Positions 27,862 to 36,459 of a DNA stretch of 64,000 nucleotides are shown here, in pieces. A model generated the notes under the pieces. The model worked only from the letters and a program-made list of their open reading frames with translations. It had not been told where the DNA came from and made no database searches. This stretch comes from Candidatus Aminicenantes bacterium (GTDB taxonomy: Bacteria; Acidobacteriota; Aminicenantia; Aminicenantales; UBA4085), in assembly GCA_026393865.1 (NCBI GenBank), contig JAPKZI010000043.1, positions 20,519-84,518 of the forward strand, given 5' to 3'. The number at the start of each line of letters is the position of its first letter. The first letter of the stretch is position 1. Both the position numbers and the translations under genes were made by a program.

Positions 27862-29688
27862 ATGCTTTCGTTTCCCGAAAAGATCATCTTCATTCTGATC
27901 ATCCTGGGGACGGCCGCCCTGTTCCTGACGCCCTTGATCACTCGTTTTAGGATCGTCCGGGCCGGCCGGCCGGAAAACCGCTTTGACCGCATGGCCAAGC
28001 GCATCCTCCATGCCTTGAGCAAAATCATTTTCCAGCGATGCACCCTGAAGAACGAGCGCCTAGCCACGGGCTTCATGCACGTCTTCATTTTCTACGGCGC
28101 TCTGACCTTCGACACGATGACAATCAACCACACGCTCGAAGGATTCATTCCGGGATTCTACATGTTCGGCGGCGGCGCCTTTGGAGATTTTTTCTCGCTC
28201 CTGGTCGACACGTTCGCCATCCTGGTCCTCGCCGGCGTCGCCTTCTTCGCCATCCGACGTTTCATTCTCCGGCCCAAGGCGTACGCGACGACGCCAAAAG
28301 ACTCAGCCATCATTTATGCCGCTCTGATCTTCATCACGCTCAGCTATATCTATTTCGAGGCGTTCTCCATCGCCCATCATCCGGATACGATGCGGCTCTC
28401 CTTTCTCGGGTCGGCCCTGGCCGCCGCCATCCAGGGCGCGGGATTCAGTGCGGCCGCCGTCGCCGCCCATTTTAAGATTGCCTGGTGGTTCCATATCCTG
28501 CTGGTCTACGCCTTCATCGCCTACGTCCCTCATTCCAAATACCTCCACATGATCACCGGCTCATTGAACCTCGTCTTCCGCGCTCCGGGCGTCGGCCGGA
28601 CCGTCCCGCCACTCGATCTGGAAGGATCGGAAATCTTCGGTATCGAGAAGGCGCTCGATCTGACCTGGAAAGACCGCCTCGACGCACTGGCCTGCATGGA
28701 ATGCGGCCGCTGCCAGGACGTCTGCCCGGCTTTCCAGAGCGATAAGCCCCTCTCCCCCAAGATGATCCTTTTCGATATGGAGCAACACCTGCTTAAGAAC
28801 GGCCCGGCTCTCCTCCAAAAAAAGCGGGACGACCTGCCCGCGCTCGTTCCCAACGTCCACACGGAAGACGAGATCTGGACATGCACGACGTGCGGCGCCT
28901 GCATGCATGTCTGCCCGGTCGAGATCGAACACATCCCGAAGATCATCGGGATGCGGCACGATGAGGAAGGAAAAAAGACCGCCCGGGCCTTTGCCTCTCT
29001 CCTGAACAAAGCCGGAGTCGACTTCGCCGTCCTGGGGGTCGAAGAGAAATGCTGCGGCGATTCGGCCCGCCGCCTCGGGAACGAGTATCTATTCCAGACG
29101 CTGGCCGCGGAGACGATCGAGCTCTTCGCCCGGCACAAGATCAAGAAGATCCTCACCATCTGTCCTCACGGATTCAACACCTTCAAAAACGAATATCCGA
29201 AGCTTCTCGATCATCTGGCGGCGGTCGGCCCCGAGGCCAAGGCGCACTACAAGACGATCGACGTGTTCCATCACGCGACCTTCCTGGCCGGGCTCGTCCG
29301 GGAAGGCCGGCTGAAGGTCCGGGCCAACCGCGAAGGGTCCCTCGCTTATCATGATCCTTGTTACCTGGGTCGGCATAACGGCATCCTTGATGAGCCGCGG
29401 AACCTGCTCTCGGAGATCGGAGGCCGCCCGGTCATCGAGCTTGAGAACAGCCGCGAGCACAGCTTCTGCTGCGGCGCCGGCGGCGGGTTGATGTGGACGG
29501 AGGAATCCCTCGGCAAGCGGATCAACCACCTGCGCGCCGACGAGGTGATCCGGGCCGGCGCGGGCGGTTTGGCCACCGCCTGTCCTTTTTGTCAGACTAT
29601 GCTCCGCGACGCCCTGAAAGACAAAGAGAAGGGCGACATCCAGGTCAAGGACCTGGCCGTCCTGTTGGCGGAATCAATCGCGGATTAG
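27862..29688 (+). CDS. Membrane-anchored (Fe-S)-binding oxidoreductase, HdrD/GlpC-like with two CCG domains
   Basis: N-terminal ~250-aa polytopic domain. CMECGRCQDVCP and CTTCGACMHVCP ferredoxin motifs. CCGDSA...CPHG and CCGAGGG...ACPFC CCG motifs. Start trimmed to the ATG at 27862 behind GAGGAG. Confidence 0.85.
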   Translation: MLSFPEKIIFILIILGTAALFLTPLITRFRIVRAGRPENRFDRMAKRILHALSKIIFQRCTLKNERLATGFMHVFIFYGALTFDTMTINHTLEGFIPGFYMFGGGAFGDFFSLLVDTFAILVLAGVAFFAIRRFILRPKAYATTPKDSAIIYAALIFITLSYIYFEAFSIAHHPDTMRLSFLGSALAAAIQGAGFSAAAVAAHFKIAWWFHILLVYAFIAYVPHSKYLHMITGSLNLVFRAPGVGRTVPPLDLEGSEIFGIEKALDLTWKDRLDALACMECGRCQDVCPAFQSDKPLSPKMILFDMEQHLLKNGPALLQKKRDDLPALVPNVHTEDEIWTCTTCGACMHVCPVEIEHIPKIIGMRHDEEGKKTARAFASLLNKAGVDFAVLGVEEKCCGDSARRLGNEYLFQTLAAETIELFARHKIKKILTICPHGFNTFKNEYPKLLDHLAAVGPEAKAHYKTIDVFHHATFLAGLVREGRLKVRANREGSLAYHDPCYLGRHNGILDEPRNLLSEIGGRPVIELENSREHSFCCGAGGGLMWTEESLGKRINHLRADEVIRAGAGGLATACPFCQTMLRDALKDKEKGDIQVKDLAVLLAESIAD

Positions 29689-29940
29689 GGTGCTTATCAA
29701 GAAGAAGATCCGGGAACGGCCTCGCTCCCGACTCGGGTTCTTAACGCCGTTTCCTCCCCGTCCTTCTCGGCGGCTCAGAACTCGCTTCCCGGCTTCCTAA
29801 ATACGGGAGTGCGCTGGCAAGCTCAAACATGCTTCGCCGGCCGGCCTCTTCCGGGCCGGCTTTCCTCGAAGGACGGCTCGGAAAGGCTGAACCCTCCATG
29901 GTCGCTTCTGCCGTTCCCGGCTCTTCTCTTGATTTCTTGA

Positions 29941-29960
29941 GAATTCGGTATGTGTCTGCG
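29941..29960 (+). repeat. Copy 1 of 20-nt motif GAATTCGGTATGTGTCTGCG (at the 3' end of ltaE)
   Basis: It matches 31066-31086 directly (16/20) and 31034-31053 as an inverted copy (core CGCAGACACAT identical). Confidence 0.5.
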
Positions 29961-29962
29961 AA

Positions 29963-30991
29963 TTATAATATTTCTTTAAAAGCCGCGACGGCGCGCTCCA
30001 CGTCCTCGTCGTCGACATCCTTGTGGGTGACGAACCGGATGCCTCCGGCCGTGGCCAAGGCCAAGATCCCCCGGTCGCTGAGCTCGGACAAGAACCGGGC
30101 GACCGAATATTTCGGATGCGAAAAACCGAAGATGATGATGTTGGTCTCGATCCTGTCCGGGTCCAGCGAGACGCCGGGCATCCCGGCGATGGCCTTGGCC
30201 AACGTCTTTGCCCGGTGATGGTCGTCTTTTAAGCGGGCCGGCATCTCCGTCAGGGCGATGATGCCCGGCGCCGCCAGCACGCCGACCTGCCGCATGCCGC
30301 CGCCCAGCGCCTTCCGCAGCCGCCGGCCGTATTCGATGAAGTCCTTCGGGCCGACGAGCATCGAGCCGACCGGAGCGGCCAGCCCTTTAGACAGGCAGAA
30401 CATGACCGAATCCACGAGTTTGGCGTATTCCTTGACCGGAACGCCCGAGGCCGTGCTGGCGTTGAAGATCCGGGCGCCGTCCATGTGGAGCTTGAGGTTG
30501 AATGTGTCCGCGATCCGCCTCACGGCTTTAAGATTGTCCAGGGGAAGCACGGCCCCGCTATGATTGTTATGGGTGTTCTCGACGCAGACAAGCGTCGTCT
30601 TCGGCGTATGGACGTTGGGGATCTTGATGTTGGCCTCGATGACCTCTGGATCCATCGCCCCCCTTGACGACGGCAGCGGCCGCGGAGTGACCCTGGAAAT
30701 GAAGGTCATATGCGTCGATTCCAAATTGTAAATATGGGAGCGGGCCTCGACGATGACTTCCTGCAATTCCTGCGTCCAGGCCTTCACCGCGATCGAGTTG
30801 CCCATCGTCCCCGAAGGACAGTACAAACCGGCCTCCTTGCCCATGGTCTCTGCGGCCAAAGCCTCCAGCTTTAAGACGGTCGGATCGTCGCCGAGGACGT
30901 CGTCGCCGACGACCGCCTCGGCCATTGCCTGCCGCATTTTCGGGGTCGGCCGGGTGACGGTGTCGCTTCGGAAATCGGAAATTCTGTTCAT
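29963..30991 (-). CDS. ltaE: Low-specificity L-threonine aldolase
   Basis: 342 aa: FRSDTVTRPT...DDVLGDDPTV...SGTMGN...DGARIFNA...CLSKGL (PLP lysine), typical of the beta-eliminating lyase/threonine aldolase family. Confidence 0.88.
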   Translation of the reverse strand: MNRISDFRSDTVTRPTPKMRQAMAEAVVGDDVLGDDPTVLKLEALAAETMGKEAGLYCPSGTMGNSIAVKAWTQELQEVIVEARSHIYNLESTHMTFISRVTPRPLPSSRGAMDPEVIEANIKIPNVHTPKTTLVCVENTHNNHSGAVLPLDNLKAVRRIADTFNLKLHMDGARIFNASTASGVPVKEYAKLVDSVMFCLSKGLAAPVGSMLVGPKDFIEYGRRLRKALGGGMRQVGVLAAPGIIALTEMPARLKDDHHRAKTLAKAIAGMPGVSLDPDRIETNIIIFGFSHPKYSVARFLSELSDRGILALATAGGIRFVTHKDVDDEDVERAVAAFKEIL

Positions 30992-31033
30992 TGTTCGCGC
31001 TCCTTTTTAGAACCCTCCGATTATATCAGAAAT

Positions 31034-31086
31034 CCGCAGACACATGCCGATTCTTGGATTCCGATGAATTCGGCGCGTGTCAGCGG
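31034..31086. repeat. Imperfect palindrome formed by copies 2 and 3 of the 20-nt motif, 12-nt spacer, upstream of ltaE
   Basis: CCGCAGACACATGCCGATTC (31034-31053) ... GAATTCGGCGCGTGTCAGCGG (31066-31086). Confidence 0.5.
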
Positions 31087-31123
31087 ATCCGGCAGGTGTC
31101 TAGGAACCGCAACCTTTTCCCTG

Positions 31124-31152
31124 TTTACTAGGTTATCCAGATATGGTATAGA
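31124..31152 (+). promoter_or_regulatory. Candidate promoter TTTACT-N17-TATAGA with TG extension
   Basis: -35 at 31124-31129, TGgTATAGA at 31144-31152, 30 nt upstream of the ATG at 31182. Confidence 0.45.
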
Positions 31153-31181
31153 TTGAGCTGTATCGAACGGATTGTGCCGAT

Positions 31182-31898
31182 ATGCCGGATAAAAAGCTTG
31201 GGGACTATGCGTTTTATGCGCTGATCTACCTAATCCTTTTTTTCCTGGCCGCCAACCTGTCCTCCCAGATCATCCTCCGGGGGGAACTCATCACCCTGCC
31301 CGATCTCAAGGGGAAAAGCCTCGAGGAAGCCCGGGCCGGACTCGCGGTCAAACGGACGTCGATCGCCATTCTTTCCCGTCAATTCGACACCCGGATCGAA
31401 AAGGGCCGGATCATCTCTCAAGATCCGGGGCCCGGATCCCGGCTGAAGACGAACAGAACGGTGAACGTCATCGTCAGCGAGGGAAGCGAACTCTTGGCCG
31501 TCCCTCGTCTCGAGAGCCGCTCTCTGGAATTCGCCGGCCAGATCCTCAGGTCCGCGGGGCTGCGCAAAGGGCGGGTAGCCCAGATCCACACGCGGCAATA
31601 CGCCGCCGGTCGGATCATCGCCCAGCAGCCGCCCGCCGAAGACATCGTCGGCCGCAATGCTCCCGTCGATTTTCTTGTCAGTCAGGGCGCCTGGGAAGCC
31701 ATGTATATCATGCCCGACCTGATCGAAAAGAACGCGGCCGCCGTCATCCGGCAGCTCAGAGCGCTCGAATTCCAGGTCGCGGAGATCCATTATTCCTATT
31801 ATCCGGGGCTCGGGCCGGGCGTCATCATCAAGCAAGCGCCGGTCGCCGGAGCCCGCATCCTCAAGCGCAATCAGATCACGCTCGAGGTGAGCAAGTAA
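31182..31898 (+). CDS. PASTA domain-containing membrane protein (three PASTA repeats, no kinase domain)
   Basis: N-terminal TM, then three ~65-aa repeats (LPDLKGKSLEEA..., VPRLESRSLEFA..., MPDLIEKNAAAV...). Confidence 0.85.
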   Translation: MPDKKLGDYAFYALIYLILFFLAANLSSQIILRGELITLPDLKGKSLEEARAGLAVKRTSIAILSRQFDTRIEKGRIISQDPGPGSRLKTNRTVNVIVSEGSELLAVPRLESRSLEFAGQILRSAGLRKGRVAQIHTRQYAAGRIIAQQPPAEDIVGRNAPVDFLVSQGAWEAMYIMPDLIEKNAAAVIRQLRALEFQVAEIHYSYYPGLGPGVIIKQAPVAGARILKRNQITLEVSK

Positions 31899-31899
31899 C

Positions 31900-32568
31900 A
31901 TGGTCCAGGTCGCCCCCTCCCTGCTGTCGGCGGATTTCACTCGGCTCGAAGAGGCGGTCAGGCTGATCGAGAAGGCCGGGGCCGACATCGTCCACGTCGA
32001 TATCATGGACGGCCACTACGTTCCCAATCTGACGTTCGGCCCCAGACTCGTCGCTCTCCTCAAAAAGAAGACCTCGCTTCCCCTCGATGTCCACTTGATG
32101 GTCGACAATCCCCACGAAGTCATCCCTTGGTTCATCGAAGCCGGCGCCGACTGGATCTCGATCCACCTCGAGGCCTCCACCCATCTCCATCGCGACGTGG
32201 CGGCCATCCGTCAAGCCGGCCGGAAAGCCGGCGTGGCCTTGAACCCGGCCACCCCGCTGCCGGCTTTGAACGATATCCTGGCCGAGCTCGATTTCGTTCT
32301 GCTGATGTGTGTCAACCCGGGACGAGGAAGCCAGCCGTTTATCGACGCCTCGCACGAAAAGATCCGGAACCTTCACCGCTGGCTTCGGGAGCGGAACTTG
32401 CCGGTGAGGATCGAGATCGACGGCGGCGTGAATTTGCAGAACATGGACATCTTGATCAAGGACGGGGCTGAGATTTTCGTCGCCGGCAACGCCGTTTTCA
32501 ACCATCCCGATCCCGGAGAAGCGGTCCGATTCATGAAGGATACGGCCCGGAGGGCCGTTGCCTCATGA
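31900..32568 (+). CDS. rpe: Ribulose-phosphate 3-epimerase
   Basis: VAPSLLSADF...HVDIMDGHYVPNLTFG...HLMV...VNPGRGSQPF...IEIDGG. Confidence 0.93.
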   Translation: MVQVAPSLLSADFTRLEEAVRLIEKAGADIVHVDIMDGHYVPNLTFGPRLVALLKKKTSLPLDVHLMVDNPHEVIPWFIEAGADWISIHLEASTHLHRDVAAIRQAGRKAGVALNPATPLPALNDILAELDFVLLMCVNPGRGSQPFIDASHEKIRNLHRWLRERNLPVRIEIDGGVNLQNMDILIKDGAEIFVAGNAVFNHPDPGEAVRFMKDTARRAVAS

Positions 32569-33533
32569 AGATCATCGTCACGGGCGCAGCCGGATTCATC
32601 GGATCGCACCTCTGCCGGCGCCTGCTTGAGGACGGGTGCTCGGTCACGGGCATCGACTGCTTCGCCGATTATTACCCCCGTTGGATCAAGGAAAGGAACG
32701 TCGCGCCCCTGCTGAAAGCGAGGCGCTTCAAGCTGATCCCCGAAGATCTGGACGCTTGGCCTCTGAAAAGACTATTGAAGGCCTCCGACGCGGTCTTCCA
32801 TCTGGCCGCCCAGGCGGGCGTCCGCGCCAGCTGGGGCGACAATTTTTCTGTCTACATCAAGAACAACATTCAGGTTACCCAAAAGCTCCTCGAGGCCGCC
32901 AAGGATGTCCCTTTGAAAAAGATCGTGTTCGCCTCTTCGTCCTCGGTCTACGGGCTGACGCCCGATCTCCCGATGTCCGAGACGAGTCTCCTCCAGCCCC
33001 TGTCTCCATACGGGGTGACCAAGATGGCGGCGGAAAAGCTCTGTTTCCTTTACCATAAGAACTACGGCCTGCCGGCCGTTTCCCTCCGCTTTTTCACCGT
33101 TTACGGCCCCGGACAGCGCCCCGACATGGCCTTCCACAAGTTCTTTAAAGCGATCCTGGAGGGACAGAGGATCACGCTCTACGGCGACGGCCGGCAGACA
33201 CGCGATTTCACCTATGTCGACGACATCGTCGAAGCCAACGTCGCGGCCCTTCATAAAGGCCGGGCCGGCCAGGTTTACAACGTCGGAGGGGGCCACCGCG
33301 AGATCCTCGACCACCTCTTCCCCGTCTTCGAACGCATCTGCGGCAAGCCCGTCCGTCTCCACCGGGAAGAACGTCAGAAGGGGGACGTCCTGCACACGCT
33401 GGCCAAGATCGACAAAGCCCGGGAGGACCTGGCTTTTCAACCCCGCATGCCGCTCGAGGAAGGCCTGCGCAGGGAATGGGAGTGGATCCAGGACCTGTAT
33501 CGCCGCGCCGCTCCTTCTCGGAAAAAAGGATGA
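32565..33533 (+). CDS. NAD-dependent epimerase/dehydratase (extended SDR)
   Basis: GAAGFIGSHL Rossmann motif and YGVTK catalytic Y-x3-K. Confidence 0.88.
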   Translation: MKIIVTGAAGFIGSHLCRRLLEDGCSVTGIDCFADYYPRWIKERNVAPLLKARRFKLIPEDLDAWPLKRLLKASDAVFHLAAQAGVRASWGDNFSVYIKNNIQVTQKLLEAAKDVPLKKIVFASSSSVYGLTPDLPMSETSLLQPLSPYGVTKMAAEKLCFLYHKNYGLPAVSLRFFTVYGPGQRPDMAFHKFFKAILEGQRITLYGDGRQTRDFTYVDDIVEANVAALHKGRAGQVYNVGGGHREILDHLFPVFERICGKPVRLHREERQKGDVLHTLAKIDKAREDLAFQPRMPLEEGLRREWEWIQDLYRRAAPSRKKG

Positions 33534-34330
33534 TCCCGATGAAAAGATCGATCGCGCTCGTTTTGATCATAGGCCTCAGCCTCGTCGCCGCTTCGTGCGG
33601 CGCCAAAAAGGCCGTCCTCGCCCCGGAGGTCGCCTCGTCGGACGAAGCCCTCTTTAAAGAAGGCGAGAAATACGTCAAGAAGGACCCGGAACGGGCCCGT
33701 CTTTTTTTCCGGCAGGTCATCGATTCGTTCCCCAGGAGCTTTTACGCCCAACGGGCCAAGCTGGCCGTCGCGGACTCCTATTTCGCGGAAGGGGACGAGG
33801 GAAACATCATTCTGGCCGCTTCCGAATACCGGGAGTTCATATCCCTCCATCCCCTAAGCCCTTCCGCCCCGTACGCCCAGTACCGTCTCGGCCTGTGCTT
33901 CTACGACAAGAGCGCCAAGCCCGGGCGCGACCAGCAGAAAACGATCCAAGCCCTGGCCGAATTCAAAAAGACGATCACCGCTTATCCTTTGACCGAGGAG
34001 GCCAAACTGGCCCGGGCCAAGATCAAGGAGTGCGAGGAGCGGTTGGCTGAGCACACGTTCACCATCGGGCTGCATTATTACCGTTCAGAGGCGTACAAGG
34101 CTTCGACGAGCCGCCTCATTGACATCCTGACCAATTATCCCGAATATACGGGGATGGATAAGGTCTATTTTTACTTGGGCGATTCCTATTTCAATTGGCA
34201 GAAGGCCGATCAGAGCATCCCTTATTTCAGGAAGCTCGTCACCGACTACCCGAAAAGCAAGTTGGCGGCAAAAGCCGAGGCCCGGCTGAAAGAGATCGAC
34301 AAGGCCCCCCCCGTCAAGACGAAAAAATGA
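33530..34330 (+). CDS. bamD: Outer membrane protein assembly factor BamD (TPR lipoprotein)
   Basis: Lipobox LVAASCG, TPR-like repeats, YAQYRLGLCFY. The ATGA overlaps the previous stop. Start could also be 33539. Confidence 0.8.
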   Translation: MIPMKRSIALVLIIGLSLVAASCGAKKAVLAPEVASSDEALFKEGEKYVKKDPERARLFFRQVIDSFPRSFYAQRAKLAVADSYFAEGDEGNIILAASEYREFISLHPLSPSAPYAQYRLGLCFYDKSAKPGRDQQKTIQALAEFKKTITAYPLTEEAKLARAKIKECEERLAEHTFTIGLHYYRSEAYKASTSRLIDILTNYPEYTGMDKVYFYLGDSYFNWQKADQSIPYFRKLVTDYPKSKLAAKAEARLKEIDKAPPVKTKK

Positions 34331-35139
34331 GAAGGTTCGCCATGTCCAAAAGAAGATTTCCGGTCATCCTCGGTCTGCTGGCCCTCGGAACGCTCCTTCT
34401 CAGGCCGGTTCCCGCCCGGGCGCAGGACGCCGAACAAGCGGTCACACGCGTCCGGCCGAGCTTGGGCCTCGAATATTTTTCGCGGACGATCGCCTGGGAC
34501 GAGGGGACTTCCACCTCGACCCTGAGCGCGTCCATCGCCGTTCTCCGCGTGGAAGCGGAATTCCAGAAGGAGGCGCGCCTTGGCCTTTTTCTCGGATACG
34601 GTTTCTCGAATTTCAATGGATTGGTCTTTCGGCAGCTTCCTTTCTCCCTCGATTACCAGGCGGGAAACATCGGCAGCCTGATCTGGGGCGGAGATCTCGG
34701 AGCGCGCTTCTTCAGCCTCGGCGCTTTTGAGATCGGGATCGAAGCCCAGTTCCTCATGTCCCTAGGCCGGACAAAAGATTTTACGATCCCCTCATTGAAC
34801 ACCGACGGCGGCCTGGAGGGGAAAGGAACCTGGTCGCGGGTCCTGGCCGGACCCGTCCTCCGATATACGGGTTATGAGAATTTCACGCCTTTTCTCTCCG
34901 TCCTATACAATGGGATGTGGGGAACGTTCACCATGAACGAAACGATCGGGGACCTCATCGGTTCCGAAGAAAAAAAGATCACGGCGCGGGGGCCGATCGG
35001 GATCGCGATCGGGACGGTCTTCGAGCCGTCGGCCATGTTCAAGATCAAAGCGGAGGTCACGGCCATCCCCTTCAAGAAATTGACGGGAGGCCTGGATACC
35101 GACTACGGAGCCTCGGTCAGGGCCGTCGTCTCTTTTTAG
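34327..35139 (+). CDS. Putative outer-membrane beta-barrel protein
   Basis: Signal peptide, alternating amphipathic strands, C-terminal ...VRAVVSF (terminal Phe). Start 34327 or 34342. Confidence 0.65.
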   Translation: MRRFAMSKRRFPVILGLLALGTLLLRPVPARAQDAEQAVTRVRPSLGLEYFSRTIAWDEGTSTSTLSASIAVLRVEAEFQKEARLGLFLGYGFSNFNGLVFRQLPFSLDYQAGNIGSLIWGGDLGARFFSLGAFEIGIEAQFLMSLGRTKDFTIPSLNTDGGLEGKGTWSRVLAGPVLRYTGYENFTPFLSVLYNGMWGTFTMNETIGDLIGSEEKKITARGPIGIAIGTVFEPSAMFKIKAEVTAIPFKKLTGGLDTDYGASVRAVVSF

Positions 35140-35154
35140 CGGAGGAGAAAGGCC

Positions 35155-36444
35155 ATGAGAAAAATAGGCAGAGTTTTAAACGCCGGCCTGATCGCGGGCA
35201 TGACGGCCCTCCTGATTTTCGGCGGTTCCGATCTTCCTCGCTCCCAGGCTGACCCGGACTTTGTCCCCGGAGAGGTCCTCCTGAAATTCAAATCCTCCGT
35301 TCCCCTCCCCGAGAGAGCTTTAGCCCTGGCCGCCTTGCGTTCACGGGCCCTGGCCCGCATCTCCTCTCTTAACGCTTATGTCGTCCGGATCCCGGAGGAC
35401 GCGACCGTCGAGGAAATGGTCGAGGCTTTCGGCCGGAATCCCGACATCGCCTATGTTCAGCCGAATTATATCTATCGAGCCTGCCTGACGCCGAACGACA
35501 AGTATTTCGAAGATCAATACGCCCTTTTTAACAAAGGCCAGCAGGTCGGCTGGGTCCCCGGCAGTCCCCAGGGGAAGCCGAGCGCCGACATCAAGGCGAC
35601 CTCGGCCTGGGAAGAGACCACGGGCATCGCCGGCGTGGTCATCGGCATCGTCGATACGGGCGTGGACCTCAACCATCCGGATCTGAAGAACAAGATCAGA
35701 AGTCGCGGCTACGACTTCGTCAACGGCGACACGGACGCGACGGACGACAATGGACACGGGACGATGGTCGCCGGCATCGCCGCCGCGGAGACCAACAACT
35801 ACGAAGGGATCGCCGGGGTCGCCTGGAACTCGAAGATCCTGCCGGTCAAGGTCTTGGACCAATTCGGATCCGGCACCACGGTCACGATCGTCAACGGCAT
35901 CCTGTGGGCCGTCGATAACGGCGCTCAGATCCTCAATCTCAGCTTCGGCGCGCCGGCCAAGGACAACGCCGTCGAAGAGGCCTTGAAATACGCCTTTGAA
36001 ACAAAGGGCGTCTTCATCGCCGCGGCCGCGGGCAACGACAACACGGCCGTCTATTACCCCGCGGCCTATGACCGATACGTCTGCGCGACGGCGGCCACGG
36101 ACTACAACGACCAGCGGACGACATGGTCGAACTTCGGCCCCGAGATCGACGTCGCCGCTCCGGGGGACAAGATCATCACCACCTACCCCGTCGCCCTGAC
36201 CCCGGCCGGATTCCAGCCTTATAAATTTCAGGACGGCACATCCATGGCCGGCGCTCATGTGGCCGGGCTGGCCGCCCTGATCCGGGGGATCAAACCCTCC
36301 TTGAGTCCGAGCGACATCATGAACATCATCCGGTATTCCGCCGATGATGTGAACTCCTCGATCCATAAAGGCCGGGACGTATTCATCGGATACGGCCGCA
36401 TCAACATGGAGAAAGCGCTCGTCCCGCTCAAAATCATCAAATAA
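35155..36444 (+). CDS. Secreted S8 (subtilisin-like) serine peptidase with N-terminal propeptide
   Basis: Triad motifs VDTGVD, HGTMVAG, GTSMAGAHVAG. Signal peptide. Confidence 0.9.
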   Translation: MRKIGRVLNAGLIAGMTALLIFGGSDLPRSQADPDFVPGEVLLKFKSSVPLPERALALAALRSRALARISSLNAYVVRIPEDATVEEMVEAFGRNPDIAYVQPNYIYRACLTPNDKYFEDQYALFNKGQQVGWVPGSPQGKPSADIKATSAWEETTGIAGVVIGIVDTGVDLNHPDLKNKIRSRGYDFVNGDTDATDDNGHGTMVAGIAAAETNNYEGIAGVAWNSKILPVKVLDQFGSGTTVTIVNGILWAVDNGAQILNLSFGAPAKDNAVEEALKYAFETKGVFIAAAAGNDNTAVYYPAAYDRYVCATAATDYNDQRTTWSNFGPEIDVAAPGDKIITTYPVALTPAGFQPYKFQDGTSMAGAHVAGLAALIRGIKPSLSPSDIMNIIRYSADDVNSSIHKGRDVFIGYGRINMEKALVPLKIIK

Positions 36445-36459
36445 GGGCGGTTCGTCGGG

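Noticed and set aside
29797-30218. Small ORFs (29797-30018 minus, 29829-30218 plus) in and around the 274-bp gap after the HdrD-like gene.
   Set aside because: They overlap the ltaE 3' end, lack an RBS and have basic low-complexity translations. I also could not recognise SRP RNA, 6S, tmRNA or riboswitch motifs in this gap. An Rfam scan would be the decisive test.
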